In this document: in pieces, positions 20,582-31,593 of the stretch | Numbering within the stretch: position 1 is the first letter of the stretch | Layout: every line of letters begins with the position of its first letter | NCBI GenBank assembly: GCA_029258795.1 | Contig: JAPDKB010000008.1 | Span: 2,955-66,954 of the forward strand | Source: an archaeon | GTDB taxonomy: Archaea > EX4484-52 > WAPT01 | DNA length: 64,000 bases | Direction of reading: 5' to 3' | Translations under genes and position numbers: made by a program | The notes under the pieces: generated by a model | Databases searched by the model: none | The model's input: only the letters and a program-made list of their open reading frames with translations | Told to the model about the DNA's origin: nothing

Positions 20582-21235
20582 CTATCGGCCGCCCTTTTCC
20601 GTCAGGAGCTTGATTATGGCCAGCGCAAACTCTTCAGCTGCCTTTGGGTCACTTGCTGTCACTATTTTACCATCCACCTCAACATCTCTGCCCGTATAAA
20701 TTACTCCGGCTTTCTCAAGCTCGTCCCTTGCCCCTTTCCATACTGTAGCATGTTTTCCTTCCAGAATTCCAGCTCTGGCAAGGATGACTGGCCCGAGACA
20801 TATCGCTCCTACAACCTTTCCTTCTCCGTAAGCTGATCTCGCAATTTCAAGGGCGCGCTCATTCTCGAAATAGATGGTAGCTCCTGCCCCTCCCACAAAA
20901 ACAACCGCATCGAAATCAGAAACGTTGATCTCGTAGATGGTGTAATTAACCATTATCGTTGAGCCGAGCATACCCTTGGCAATGCCTTTCCGTAAAGAAG
21001 CAACCATGACTTTGGCGCCACGACTTTCAAGCACGTTTTTGGTCACGAAGAGCTCCTCATCCCTGAAGTTTTCAGGAGCTATTATCATGAGCAGGGACTT
21101 GTTGGCCAGCTCATCACTTACCTTCTGGTCCTGAGTTACAATCTCTCTTGTATTGTTCTGCTTTCCCACACACCCCGAAAAGAAAACGACAAGCACGGTC
21201 AAAATTAGGAACAGGACTGTGGCGTGTTTCTTCAT
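20582..21235 (-). CDS. DJ-1/PfpI family protein with lipoprotein-like signal peptide
   Basis: FRDEE, VFVGGAG, GAICLGP nucleophile elbow; N-terminal hydrophobic helix ending FSGC. Confidence 0.88.
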   Translation of the reverse strand: MKKHATVLFLILTVLVVFFSGCVGKQNNTREIVTQDQKVSDELANKSLLMIIAPENFRDEELFVTKNVLESRGAKVMVASLRKGIAKGMLGSTIMVNYTIYEINVSDFDAVVFVGGAGATIYFENERALEIARSAYGEGKVVGAICLGPVILARAGILEGKHATVWKGARDELEKAGVIYTGRDVEVDGKIVTASDPKAAEEFALAIIKLLTEKGGR

Positions 21236-21320
21236 GCTAAATGATGTGGCGCTAAAATTATTTAAACCTCCATGCAGCTAACCTGAAGTTATCAAAAAGC
21301 TCTGCATGGAGGTGAGGAAA

Positions 21321-21615
21321 ATGGCGGGTGAGTATTTTGGACTCCAGCGGAGAGGTGGTGTACGGTCCAACCGGTGTTGATGCGGAGTTCTTGTGGAAGC
21401 AGCTAAGCCGTTACAGGATAAAAGATGCTGGTTCTGTGCCAAATTACGAATGGGTTATAACCCGGTTAAAGGTGCGCCTGAAAGAAAACGGATGTGAAAG
21501 GCTGTACGAATGTCCGGAGGATGTGCTTCCTCTTTCTTACAAAGCGGAAGTGGACGTTCTGATTCCGCTGCTGAAGAGTAAGAAAATAGTTGGATATGAT
21601 GTTGTGAAGAAGTAA
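21321..21615 (+). CDS. Small hypothetical protein, possibly frameshifted at the 5' end
   Basis: GGAGGTGA RBS points to ATG 21321, which is 1 nt out of frame with ORF 21328..21615. Confidence 0.45.
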
Positions 21616-21666
21616 CCCGCTCTTTCTTTATTCTTTTTTAAAAAGAAAATACTGAGAAATAAGGAG

Positions 21667-21784
<118 letters not shown>

Positions 21785-21816
21785 GGAAGAATATATGCGG
21801 GTAAGATTTTTAAGGT

Positions 21817-22107
21817 TTATCCCGTCCCTCGAAGCCCCAGCTTTTTCTCGATATCTTCTGGTTTGGCGTTTTTTAGCAGTACATCCTTCTCCCTGTTTTT
21901 CTCCCCTCTCACGATTTCAGCTTTAACGCCCAGCAGTTTGGAAAGGAAGCGCACAAGCTCTTTGTTTGCCCTGCCTTCAGCAGGTGGAGCTTTGACCCTA
22001 ATTTTTAAGCGGTTGCGCGCGGCATCCACTTCAGCTATTTCGTTCTTCTTGGCGTTTGGTACCACTAAAAGTTTGAGAACTATACCTTCAGGATGTTTTC
22101 TAATCAC
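21817..22107 (-). CDS. DUF167/YggU family protein
   Basis: VVPNAKKNEI, VKAPPAEGRANKEL, IVRGEKNREK. Confidence 0.9.
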   Translation of the reverse strand: MIRKHPEGIVLKLLVVPNAKKNEIAEVDAARNRLKIRVKAPPAEGRANKELVRFLSKLLGVKAEIVRGEKNREKDVLLKNAKPEDIEKKLGLRGTG

Positions 22108-22118
22108 TTACATCCCCA

Positions 22119-23285
22119 TTAGCAAATTGTCTTCCTTGCTTTATCCATACACTTTTCAAGATATACCACAATCTCGTTAAGTGAGGGTTTTAACCTTTCC
22201 GTTAAAAAAGTGCGAATGTCCCTTTGCAGATACATATTAATTTCTTCTTTCGGGATTAGATCATCCATGTATTTCTCATATAGCTTCAAACCAGTTAAAT
22301 ACATGAGAATGTTGTAGATCCTCGTGATGTGCGAGTCTGCGATGGATTTAGTTTTCCACGACTGATCCATACCTATCGTTCCTCGATACAATATGGTATT
22401 TCCATCCTCTATCTCGATATATCGGGGATTGGACAACACTTTAATCTCTGGGTTAAACCGTAGATGTTTCAATTCTTTTAATTGCTGACATAATTCATTC
22501 CTATATGAGTTCTCCATCAAAGAGAGTATCGACTCTCCTTGTTTGTCCTCATTTCCAATCACAAGTAATGTGAAATAATTGTTGTATATTTCAAAACCGC
22601 CCTTGACAGGTAGAGGGCTACTAGGGCAGTGATCATTGTATATAGCAGAAACTACGGTAAGTTCCGAATCCCTAATCATAGAGTCGATCAAATCCTCGCC
22701 GGTGTTTGTACCATCTCTTATTACGAAATATCGAGCTGTAAATGGTATGTCCGTTATCCCTAAATCTCTTTTAAAGCTGAGTTCATCTATCCGAAGGTCG
22801 TCCCACACCCTCAGTTCGATTTCAGGCGAGTATCTTTCAGCATCAAGTCCATTGGCTTTTGTAAATTCAAAAAATAAAGATGATGGTTTAGACCATACTT
22901 GTACGGGATGTTCCTTTACCTCGACCACTCTATGTAAGAGTTCGTGAATGCAAATCGCGGGAACAGGGATATCTGGGTTTAAGATATATTCTTTTCCGAT
23001 TTCAATTTTGATACCTTCGTCAGTGTTGTTTGATACGGCCCTTGGACGTGAATGCCTGTATGTCATCCGTGGATGAGTGTCCCAATCCACTATTTCAACT
23101 ATAACTGATCCATGGTTTTTGAGTCTTTCAAATAGTTCTGAGGATGTTTCTTTTAATAGTTCAAAAGCTATTTCGAAATTAGATTCAATTTCTTTCTTCA
23201 GATCTTCAAATATAGCCTGAGGAAGAAATTTGTTAGTAATGAGTAGCTGTGGTTTTTCCTCATTCATAACATTAACCACCTTCAC
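22119..23285 (-). CDS. Hypothetical HEXXH zinc-metallopeptidase-like protein
   Basis: IHELLH followed by DDLRID; AT-rich. Confidence 0.55.
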   Translation of the reverse strand: MKVVNVMNEEKPQLLITNKFLPQAIFEDLKKEIESNFEIAFELLKETSSELFERLKNHGSVIVEIVDWDTHPRMTYRHSRPRAVSNNTDEGIKIEIGKEYILNPDIPVPAICIHELLHRVVEVKEHPVQVWSKPSSLFFEFTKANGLDAERYSPEIELRVWDDLRIDELSFKRDLGITDIPFTARYFVIRDGTNTGEDLIDSMIRDSELTVVSAIYNDHCPSSPLPVKGGFEIYNNYFTLLVIGNEDKQGESILSLMENSYRNELCQQLKELKHLRFNPEIKVLSNPRYIEIEDGNTILYRGTIGMDQSWKTKSIADSHITRIYNILMYLTGLKLYEKYMDDLIPKEEINMYLQRDIRTFLTERLKPSLNEIVVYLEKCMDKARKTIC

Positions 23286-23361
23286 TTAGTCTTCACTTTA
23301 TAGATATGGAATTTTCGATTAAAATTTAAAAATTTATAATTATGTACTTACTATTTGGTAA

Positions 23362-23835
23362 TTAATTAATTCTCTTTATCACTCTCACCATCCACTCCTC
23401 AAATCCCATCTTCCTCCAGAATGCACGCGCACCTTCGTTTCTGTGATCGAAAGAAAGGGTTATGTACTCGACTCCTTTCTCCCTGAACCAATCGAGCAGA
23501 AAGTTGAACATCTTTTCACCTATGCCCTTCTTTCTATGATCGGCACCAACGCATGCGTCGCTTATCCTGCCCATCTTTTTGATTTTCAGGAATGGTCTTG
23601 CACTCTCCACCACTCCGATCATGTAGCCGATAATGTTGCCATCCTCCTCGGCCACCACAACCAGAGCATCGTCCTTGCTGGAAAGCAGGTTCTCAACGTG
23701 CTTTCTAAAGCCCTCTTCAACCTTAGCTCCCTTTTTGTAAATTTCATCCATCTCCGCATGCATGTCCGCAAGCTGTTTGTTTATCCTCGCTATTTCATCA
23801 ACATCCTCAAGCCGGGCTTTCCTAACCGTCACCAT
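23362..23835 (-). CDS. GNAT acetyltransferase
   Basis: VGADHRKKGIG, NEGARAFWRKMGF. Confidence 0.92.
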   Translation of the reverse strand: MVTVRKARLEDVDEIARINKQLADMHAEMDEIYKKGAKVEEGFRKHVENLLSSKDDALVVVAEEDGNIIGYMIGVVESARPFLKIKKMGRISDACVGADHRKKGIGEKMFNFLLDWFREKGVEYITLSFDHRNEGARAFWRKMGFEEWMVRVIKRIN

Positions 23836-23888
23836 GGTTTTTCATCTGTGGGGGAGTTTTATAAGGGTTTCAAGTTCTCCTTGGCTGA

Positions 23889-25579
23889 TTACGTTAAAGC
23901 CCACAGAACAAGCTTGGCAAAACCAATCAGTGCAAGGAAAACAATCACTTGGCGAAGGTAGTGTTTCTTGTCTTTTCTATTTATCCATAGTCCAATCAGG
24001 AAAGTGATGTAGAATGTGAGCAGGAATGAAAATACAACAAACCCAGCGTAAAATGCCAGAATTTTAAGCTTGGTGCGTTTTTCAAGCGGGATGTTTTGGG
24101 GTGAAATTTGCGGTGTTCTTTCTCTTTGTTTTATATCCAGCAAATAGAGAAGTACTATCACAAAAATCAGGAATGTACAAAACATGATAATACCTAATTC
24201 TTCGTAATGAGTGTTCAGATAATGGAGTTTTCTCTTGATTTCGTCGTTTATTCTGGTATGAAAACTCGCGTTTTTCACCTTTCCGATAATATCAAAATCA
24301 GGGTTGGTATCTTTAAACTCCCAGAGATAATATCTGTAACCGCCCATTAGAACATAATCTTTTTCCTGGTCAAATTCTGCTTCAAGATCATCATCTATTT
24401 TCACGATGATTTTAGTATCTCGGATTGGAGTGTACCACGCAGCCCCTGTTCCGAGGGGATAATATATCGTCCGTTTATGTTGAGTCCTATATCTATCTGG
24501 AAACCATTTTTACTTTGCTTGTAAAGTAATAAAGTAAGATTTGTGGCAACATCAAGCTCGTAATTGCTGACTGGTAGGTCTATGAAATCCTCTAATTCGT
24601 CACGTAGTTCGTTTTTTATCTGGGGTTCACATTTTTCGAGTAGAAAATTCTTTTTACATCTTTCATAATAACTAAGAATTTTATCACAGCTGCTATGGAT
24701 GTTTTCATTATCCCAACACGCAAGACACAATGCCATATCCCCGGACTCCTGACAACACAACATATTTATTACTCCGTATAATACGCCTTCAACCTCACAT
24801 TTTTGTTGTATTTCTGGATTACTTCTCACAAATTGCAGAACTTTCTCCAGAAGTTCAGGATTGTTAAATTCTAGATATTCATAATACTCTTTGCTCCTCT
24901 CATCCAACCCTTCAAGTTCTAATGTTACGATAGCGATGTAATGTCTTCGATATTTATCCACAACATCCTTCAAATTTTCAGGAAGCTCTACATCTGGATA
25001 GTTTTCCTTCAGGAATTCTTCTAGTGTTTGTCCGCTATCTACCTTGTATATCTCCACCATTCCAGCCTCAAATGCGAAAGTTTCGACCTTTTCTATGCCT
25101 TTTGAAGCTTCATTAAATTGAATAAAAGGTTCAAATAAATAGTAAAGGAAGAATGATTGAAAAAACGTAAATTCTAAATATCCATCCAAGTAATTATTCA
25201 TAACACGTGTGCCTCTTTCTATAATGCCTGTAAAGCTCTGCAATTTTTTTGTTTTGATTATGTCATTATAGTTATATTTTTTCAAAAATTCCTTGTCTGT
25301 AATTCTACTAGCGTCCAGATAGTAAGGTTTAGAAACCAAAGGTATCAAAATTGTGATGTTTGTGTCTTCTTTACCTATGTATCCTATTGAAAGGAATAGA
25401 TGAATCATCTCATGTGTCTCGTTCAGGACTTCAATAAAAGCGTACTGATGGTTTTCTTCTATGGAATGTAGGTCGATGTTTTTGATGACCGGAAGTGGCA
25501 TGCCGTCTGCACTGACGGAAGATGGAAGGAGGATTGCAACAAAAAGTGCTGCTGTTATAAGATAAAGTTCTTTTTTCAT
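23889..25579 (-). pseudogene. Secreted, C-terminally membrane-anchored protein split by a frameshift near 24468
   Basis: ORF 24401..25579 has a signal peptide; the alternate frame IYYPLGTGAAWYTPIRDTKIIVKIDDD runs directly into ORF 23889..24404 (TM helices). Confidence 0.6.
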
Positions 25580-25639
25580 GAAAGTGGTTTTGTGTGGATA
25601 TCGGTTATAAAAGTTTCGTAATGTTAACGGACTTGCACT

Positions 25640-26857
25640 TTACTCCTCCACTTTAATCAGCAACCCCAGCCCGATAACAACACAAGCCAGAACCACGACT
25701 ATAACGGCATGCAATCCGTGGAGCTCGGTTATTGCTCCGTAGATGAGAGATGCTACCGTTCCAGCAAGCATTGTTGGCACTGTTATGAAGGACAGTGTTG
25801 TGCTTCTTATCTTAGAAGGGATTGGCCTGTTGAGCAGCGAGCTGAAGATGGGCTCCGTGCCCGTCTCCACGGACATCAGCAAAATGAGTAAAGCGATCGA
25901 GACGAGAGGGTGGCTAATGAAGAATAGAAGCAGGATCAGCAGCACTGCAAAAACCTCCGTAGCTATTATTGCATTTCTCTCGCTTCCGAACATTTTCACA
26001 AGATGCTCGTTGTAGTGATAAATCATTATAGCAAGAGCGGAGCTGCTCAGAAAGATCAGATTGAAAAACTGCTCCTTTATTCCGAGAACATCTTTGACGT
26101 AAGGAAAAAATCCGATGAAAAGCATACCATATCCTATGCTCCACACCACCATGCTGGCAGTAAGGTATTTCAGCGTGGTGGAAGAGCGGATCAGCTCGAT
26201 AAATTGCTTAAAATTGGTCAGAGTTTTTCGGATTAGTTTTATCGCGCTTTTTTCTTTTTTGCGGAGGGGAGCCTCCTCCGAAAATAGAAGGTTGAGTAAG
26301 ATAAAAACATCGAGAATTGCGGCCACAATCCAGAAATAACGCAATAGATGCGTCACATTCCCTTCAAACCCGCCTGCTCTGAAGAGAAACACAAAGGCGA
26401 TCAAGCTTGCGAATATAAAGGAAGCTTCACCCAACTTCATCATTTTGCTGGTGTATCTTACCCATTGCCTCTCACCATAACTTCGCTTTACCTCATCCAT
26501 AATCCATGCATTGAGCGGTCTGGAAATGAAAGACGAGGCAACACCCATCAAAGCAACAGCCACCAGGAAATGTGAATATGTGCTTGCAAAAAACATGAGC
26601 AGATAGGCGATGGTATAGAGTAAATTTCCCAACATTGCTGACTTTCTCCTGCTCCACGCATCAGCCATGCTTCCCGTCACCACAACAAGCACGGCAAGAA
26701 TGAAATAATACAGCGCCATTAAACTGCCAAGCTGCGCATGGCTGATTCCTGAATTTAGAAGATAGATGACGAATATTGGTCCGAGTAAAGCGTCAATACA
26801 CTGAGCCAGGATTTCGTTTACGAAAAATACTCGCAGCTTTCCAGATATCATGAACAT
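25640..26857 (-). CDS. MFS transporter
   Basis: About 12 TM helices, motif A GSMADAWSRRKS. Confidence 0.9.
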   Translation of the reverse strand: MFMISGKLRVFFVNEILAQCIDALLGPIFVIYLLNSGISHAQLGSLMALYYFILAVLVVVTGSMADAWSRRKSAMLGNLLYTIAYLLMFFASTYSHFLVAVALMGVASSFISRPLNAWIMDEVKRSYGERQWVRYTSKMMKLGEASFIFASLIAFVFLFRAGGFEGNVTHLLRYFWIVAAILDVFILLNLLFSEEAPLRKKEKSAIKLIRKTLTNFKQFIELIRSSTTLKYLTASMVVWSIGYGMLFIGFFPYVKDVLGIKEQFFNLIFLSSSALAIMIYHYNEHLVKMFGSERNAIIATEVFAVLLILLLFFISHPLVSIALLILLMSVETGTEPIFSSLLNRPIPSKIRSTTLSFITVPTMLAGTVASLIYGAITELHGLHAVIVVVLACVVIGLGLLIKVEE

Positions 26858-26916
26858 AAAGTAGTGCTTTTATGCGTTATAAAATTTTTATATGCACTTT
26901 TTCCATATAGAACTCC

Positions 26917-28110
26917 ATGTCGCATAAATCAGCAGTTTCAATGGAGAAAAACATAAGGAAGGTTTATCTGTTGAGCTTTTTGTCATCATTTCATTTTTTC
27001 TCAGCTGTGCTTATACCCTTCTTTACCCTTTGGGGTAAGCTCAGCTTCACCCAGATTCTCATCCTGCAATCCATTTTCCAGCTGACCATCGTGGCCATGG
27101 AAGTGCCTACAGGTGTGGTGGCTGACAAGCTCGGCAGGAAGTTTTCCATAGCAATCGGATTTCTGCTCACAACAATAGGTGCGCTCGTTTACGCAAGCGT
27201 GCCGAACTTCTGGGTTTTTGTCATTGCAGAAGTGCTGTTTGGCGTGGGAGTGAGCTTCTTTTCAGGAGCTACGGAAGCGTTTGTTTATGATACGCTCAAG
27301 CAGTCCGGCAGAGAGAAAGGCTCGAAGCGTGTTTTCATAAGGCTCGAGCAGTTTAACTTGCTGGGACTTGCGACCTCAGCCCCAATTGGAAGTGTTATTG
27401 CTCACTATCTCGGTTTGAGAGCACCCATGCTTCTCACATCAGTCCCGCTGTTTTTGGGAGCGATCATAGCACTCAGCATGAAGGAGCCGGAGATACATGA
27501 GAAAGGAAGGAAACCCTCGTATCTGGAGATTCTGAAATCAAGCATTGATATGTTCAAAAAGAGAAGAGAGCTGAGAATCCTAAGCATTGATATGGTGGTG
27601 GTTGCCCTGCTCTCCTATTTCTACATCTGGGGGTATCAGGCAAAGCTGATGCAAGTCGCATTTCCAATAGCGCTCTTCGGTGTGGTGCATGCAACGATAG
27701 TCACGAGCGAGGCCGCCATATTGCATTTCCTTGAAAAGCTTGAAAAACTAGTTGGTGGAAAGAAGAATTATCTTTTCATTTCTGCGGTGATTCCCGGAGT
27801 ATGCTACTTGTTGATTGGTGCGTCCTCCAGCTGGATTATTGTGCTGCCGGCCATGATAGCGGGCATGGCCTTTGGATTAACAAGAAGGACGCCAATGATA
27901 AACTATATAAACAAGTTCGTGGACTCAAAAGCGAGGGCAACCACACTTTCTTTCATAAACCTCTCACGCTCTCTGATGCTCGCGATTATCAATCCTGTTG
28001 TTGGTAAAGCCGTGGACATCAATCTCAACCTGACCTTCATTGGTTTGGGTATTATCCTTCTTGCTGTTGCAGCAACATCGAGGATTGAGGAAGAGATGCT
28101 TCTGGATTAA
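26917..28110 (+). CDS. MFS transporter
   Basis: EVPTGVVADKLGRK, SGATEAFVYD. Confidence 0.92.
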   Translation: MSHKSAVSMEKNIRKVYLLSFLSSFHFFSAVLIPFFTLWGKLSFTQILILQSIFQLTIVAMEVPTGVVADKLGRKFSIAIGFLLTTIGALVYASVPNFWVFVIAEVLFGVGVSFFSGATEAFVYDTLKQSGREKGSKRVFIRLEQFNLLGLATSAPIGSVIAHYLGLRAPMLLTSVPLFLGAIIALSMKEPEIHEKGRKPSYLEILKSSIDMFKKRRELRILSIDMVVVALLSYFYIWGYQAKLMQVAFPIALFGVVHATIVTSEAAILHFLEKLEKLVGGKKNYLFISAVIPGVCYLLIGASSSWIIVLPAMIAGMAFGLTRRTPMINYINKFVDSKARATTLSFINLSRSLMLAIINPVVGKAVDINLNLTFIGLGIILLAVAATSRIEEEMLLD

Positions 28111-28144
28111 TCTTTAAAAAGCTGTCATCTCACTATTTAAGCTC

Positions 28145-28450
28145 ATGGCGAAGAAGGAGAAGGGTGAGGAGAAAGCCAAGAAAATGGATTATAAAGAAAA
28201 GGAGAAGAAAGCATCCATAGTTGCGATGATTTCAATTGTGCTCGGGATTGTTATGGGTTACGTTTCCGTCAAGCTTGTGGTTAGATTCGCGCTGCTTGCA
28301 GGCATGGTTTTCATGTTCGTCTATTATAAACTCGTTGCAAAATTCGTTTCCGGGCTGGATAAAGATGAGCTCATAGGCAACACCATCTTTCCGTTTCTCA
28401 CAACATGGTACGCAACGTGGGTCTTTCTCTACAATTACTTTGCATCCTGA
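28145..28450 (+). CDS. Small three-TM membrane protein (EMC6-like, tentative)
   Basis: Three hydrophobic helices, C-terminal FLTTWYATWVFLYN. Confidence 0.6.
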   Translation: MAKKEKGEEKAKKMDYKEKEKKASIVAMISIVLGIVMGYVSVKLVVRFALLAGMVFMFVYYKLVAKFVSGLDKDELIGNTIFPFLTTWYATWVFLYNYFAS

Positions 28451-29653
28451 TCAGCTCTTCCCGAGCCACTTCTGCTTGAGCTCGTGAAAGCTGCCATCAA
28501 TTATGCTCTCCCTTATCTCCCTCATCAGCTTGAGAATGAAATGAAGGTTGTGGTATGAAGCCAGGCGGAAAAAGCTGAGTTTCTCGTTTCTGTAAAGGTG
28601 ATGGAGATATGCTCTGGTGTAATCCTGACAGACGAAACAGTCACACCAATCATCAGGTCTGGTTTTTTCAAGCCTGAAGCTTGCGTTTCCAATCTTGATT
28701 CTGAACTTGTTTCCCACGGTTCCGCCCGAGAAAGGAGAGATGAAGATCATACCTCTCCTCGCCCATCTGGTGGGTGTGACGCAGTCAAATACATCAATAC
28801 CTCTCTCAACACAGTTGAAGAGGTCCTCCACAGCTCCAATGCCGAGGAGGTGTCTTGGCTTCTCCGCCGGCAATAGAGGGATGACCCATTCAAGAATGTT
28901 GTGCATGTCCTGCTTCGTCTTGCCGAGAGAGCCACCTATCCCAAACCCGTCAAAAGGCAGTGAGGCTATGAATCTGGCTGATTTTACGCGCAAATCCTTG
29001 TACGCTCCACCCTGCACTATGCCGAAAATTGCCTGCTTCTTATCGTAAGCTTCAAGGCATTCCAGAGCCCACCTGTGGGTGCGTTCAAGCGCTAAAGATG
29101 TGTATTCCTTGCTGGAAAGTGGAGAGGTGCACTCATCCAGCACATAAACGACGTCGGAGCCGAGCTTGGACTGTATTTTCATGGAAAGTTCTGGTGTGAG
29201 ACGCATTTTTTCTCCAGTTATCGGATTTCTGTACGTTATGCCTTCATCATCCACCTTTGCCCATCTCTCTCCAACTTTTGGCTCCTCCTTCATTTCATCT
29301 CCGGGAAATATGTTGTTGGCTATCTTGCCAACACCATGCTCCATTCCGAAACCGAGGGAGAATGCCTGAAATCCTCCGGAATCCGTGAAGATCGTGCCAT
29401 TATAGTTCATGAAGTTGTGAAGACCTCCAAGCTTGTTTATGAGCTCCTCTCCCGGCTTGAGGTGGAGGTGGAAGGTGTTCGCTATGAGCGCCTCAACCTT
29501 CAGCTTCTTCAAATCCCTGCTGTCAAGAGCCCTAACGCTTGCCAGCGTTGCTACCGGCAAAAACACAGGAGTCTTGAATTTTTTGCCCCTGACGCGCACA
29601 ACTCCGGCTCTGGCTTTTCCAAGCTCTGTCTCTATGCTGAATCGCAGCTTCAT
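28451..29653 (-). CDS. tgt: Bacterial-type queuine tRNA-ribosyltransferase
   Basis: TDSGGFQAFSL, LDEC, GIVQGG, GIGGSLG, PRHLLGIG, DVFDCVTPTR, Zn site CDCFVC...HN; no archaeosine-TGT PUA tail. Confidence 0.9.
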   Translation of the reverse strand: MKLRFSIETELGKARAGVVRVRGKKFKTPVFLPVATLASVRALDSRDLKKLKVEALIANTFHLHLKPGEELINKLGGLHNFMNYNGTIFTDSGGFQAFSLGFGMEHGVGKIANNIFPGDEMKEEPKVGERWAKVDDEGITYRNPITGEKMRLTPELSMKIQSKLGSDVVYVLDECTSPLSSKEYTSLALERTHRWALECLEAYDKKQAIFGIVQGGAYKDLRVKSARFIASLPFDGFGIGGSLGKTKQDMHNILEWVIPLLPAEKPRHLLGIGAVEDLFNCVERGIDVFDCVTPTRWARRGMIFISPFSGGTVGNKFRIKIGNASFRLEKTRPDDWCDCFVCQDYTRAYLHHLYRNEKLSFFRLASYHNLHFILKLMREIRESIIDGSFHELKQKWLGKS

Positions 29654-29732
29654 CAAGCCAAAAGAAGGAGGCAAACAATTTTAAAGTTAAGAGGGAAAAG
29701 TCAAACTCGTTGGATTGCGGGGTGGAAAAGAA

Positions 29733-31037
29733 ATGCTCAGGAGCAAGTACATCTCGGAGGTGAAAGCGGGCGAGAAAGTCAAGCTTGCAGGTCATGTTTA
29801 TGAAATAAGGGATCTGGGCAAGCTCGTGTTCGTGATTCTGAGAGATGTTAGCGGATTGATTCAGCTCGTGGCTAACAAGAAGGATTGTGGAGACGAGGTT
29901 TTCAAGAAAGTCAAGAACCTGACAAAGGAGGACTTTGTGGTTGTAGAAGGGGAAGCGGTTGCGAATGAAAAAGCTCCATACAGGAAGGTTGAGGTGTTGA
30001 TTAAGAAGCTTGAAGTCATCGCTGAAAGTGATTCTCCTCAGCCCATAGACGTGTCCGGCAAAATAGAGAGCACGCTTGACAAAAGGCTGGACTGGCGCTT
30101 CATAGACATGAAAAATCCTGACGTGCTTGCAATTTTCATCTTCCAGAGCAAGCTCGTGGGTTTCATGGAGGAGTTTCTGCGCAGGAACCGGTTTGTGAGA
30201 ATATTCACATCCCGCATAACAAATGCCGCTACAGAAGGAGGAGCTGATTATTTTCCAATCATGTACTTCAACAAGGAGGCGTTTCTTGCACAAAGTCCGC
30301 AGCTCTACAAGGAGAGTGTGCTTGTGTCCGGCATAGATAGAGTGTATGATGTTGGTATGGTTTACAGGGCTGAGCCGCACCACACCACAAGGCATCTCTG
30401 CGAGTACGTTTCCTTTGATGTGGAGATGGTTTCGGAAAGCATGAGGGATGTGCTTGAGATTCAGGAAGGTGTGCTTAGATACGCTTTCGAAAAGCTGAAC
30501 AAGGATGAATGGGTAAAGGAAATGCTTGAAAAACGTAACATTCAGCTTCCTTTCCCGAAGAAGATTCCGGAAGTGAGTTTTGAGGAGGCCAATGAGATTT
30601 TGAAAGGTGCGGGGGCTGAGGTGGAGGAACACGATTTAACACCAGAAGGGGAGAGGAAGCTGTGCGAGTACTTTACAAAAGAGCATGATAGCGAGTTTGT
30701 GCTTGTTCACAGCTTTCCTTTTGCAAAGAAACCGTTCTACCTGATGAGGTATAAGGACAGGCCAGAGATCACTCATTCCTTTGATCTGCTTTACCGTGGG
30801 CTTGAGATAACGTCCGGAGGGCAGAGAGAGCACAGGTATGAGGAAAGGGTCAAGAACATAAGAGATAAGGGCATGGCTGTCGAGCAGTTCGATCATCTCC
30901 GCTTCTTCAAGTACGGCATGCCTCCTCATGGCGGCTTTGGGCTTGGAATTGAAAGGTTAACAGCTCAGATGCTCAAGCTGAAGAACGTGAGGGAAGCGAG
31001 TTTAACACCGAGGGATCCTGACAGGCTGGTGCCGTGA
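29733..31037 (+). CDS. aspS: Aspartyl-tRNA synthetase, archaeal type, probably non-discriminating
   Basis: OB domain, LAQSPQLYK, YRAE, EITSGGQR, GMPPHGGFGLGIERL, PRDPDRL. Confidence 0.95.
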   Translation: MLRSKYISEVKAGEKVKLAGHVYEIRDLGKLVFVILRDVSGLIQLVANKKDCGDEVFKKVKNLTKEDFVVVEGEAVANEKAPYRKVEVLIKKLEVIAESDSPQPIDVSGKIESTLDKRLDWRFIDMKNPDVLAIFIFQSKLVGFMEEFLRRNRFVRIFTSRITNAATEGGADYFPIMYFNKEAFLAQSPQLYKESVLVSGIDRVYDVGMVYRAEPHHTTRHLCEYVSFDVEMVSESMRDVLEIQEGVLRYAFEKLNKDEWVKEMLEKRNIQLPFPKKIPEVSFEEANEILKGAGAEVEEHDLTPEGERKLCEYFTKEHDSEFVLVHSFPFAKKPFYLMRYKDRPEITHSFDLLYRGLEITSGGQREHRYEERVKNIRDKGMAVEQFDHLRFFKYGMPPHGGFGLGIERLTAQMLKLKNVREASLTPRDPDRLVP

Positions 31038-31047
31038 AACTTGCTTT

Positions 31048-31593
31048 TTACTCAACTCTTATAACCTTCGCTATCACTGGAATATCTTCCTCCAGAACCA
31101 CAGGTGTTTTTGTCTCAACTGATATGTACTGACCTACGCTAAGATTAGAAAAGGGTACGGGAATTTCTTTGAACTGTGGCTCAAAAGATTCCTCATTTAT
31201 TTCGATTTCCACCATTACTATTCTTGTATCTCTTCCCACAACAACCTGCTTGATGAAATAATCCGGTTCGTATAAGAATTTTGTGATGCTTCCCCCGCGA
31301 TAAATGTTTGGAACTTTCAGCTTCAGGGTTTTTATCTGAGGGCTAATTTCGATTATCTCGCCCTCAAAACTTGTGACCTCTCTGGAAGCGTTTTCCTCCG
31401 TTACAAAAATCGGTAAAAGTCCATTTTTCACTTTCTCCATAAATTTCTGATCAATTTCTTTGAGAGTGTTTTGCTTCACAACATCTGGCGGTGTGACGAG
31501 GGATTTGCCTATATAAATTCCTATGATGAAAACTATGATGAGGGAAATTATCCAAGTTAGAGTTTGTTTGTTAGACATTTTTATCACGAGCAA
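31048..31593 (-). CDS. Membrane-anchored hypothetical protein
   Basis: N-terminal TM helix followed by a beta-rich domain. Confidence 0.65.
   Translation of the reverse strand: MLVIKMSNKQTLTWIISLIIVFIIGIYIGKSLVTPPDVVKQNTLKEIDQKFMEKVKNGLLPIFVTEENASREVTSFEGEIIEISPQIKTLKLKVPNIYRGGSITKFLYEPDYFIKQVVVGRDTRIVMVEIEINEESFEPQFKEIPVPFSNLSVGQYISVETKTPVVLEEDIPVIAKVIRVE

Noticed and set aside
16140-21660. Intact integrative element at tRNA-Asp
   Set aside because: No integrase and no repeat of the tRNA 3' end found by eye
29532-30632. 366-aa minus-strand ORF
   Set aside because: Antisense shadow of aspS
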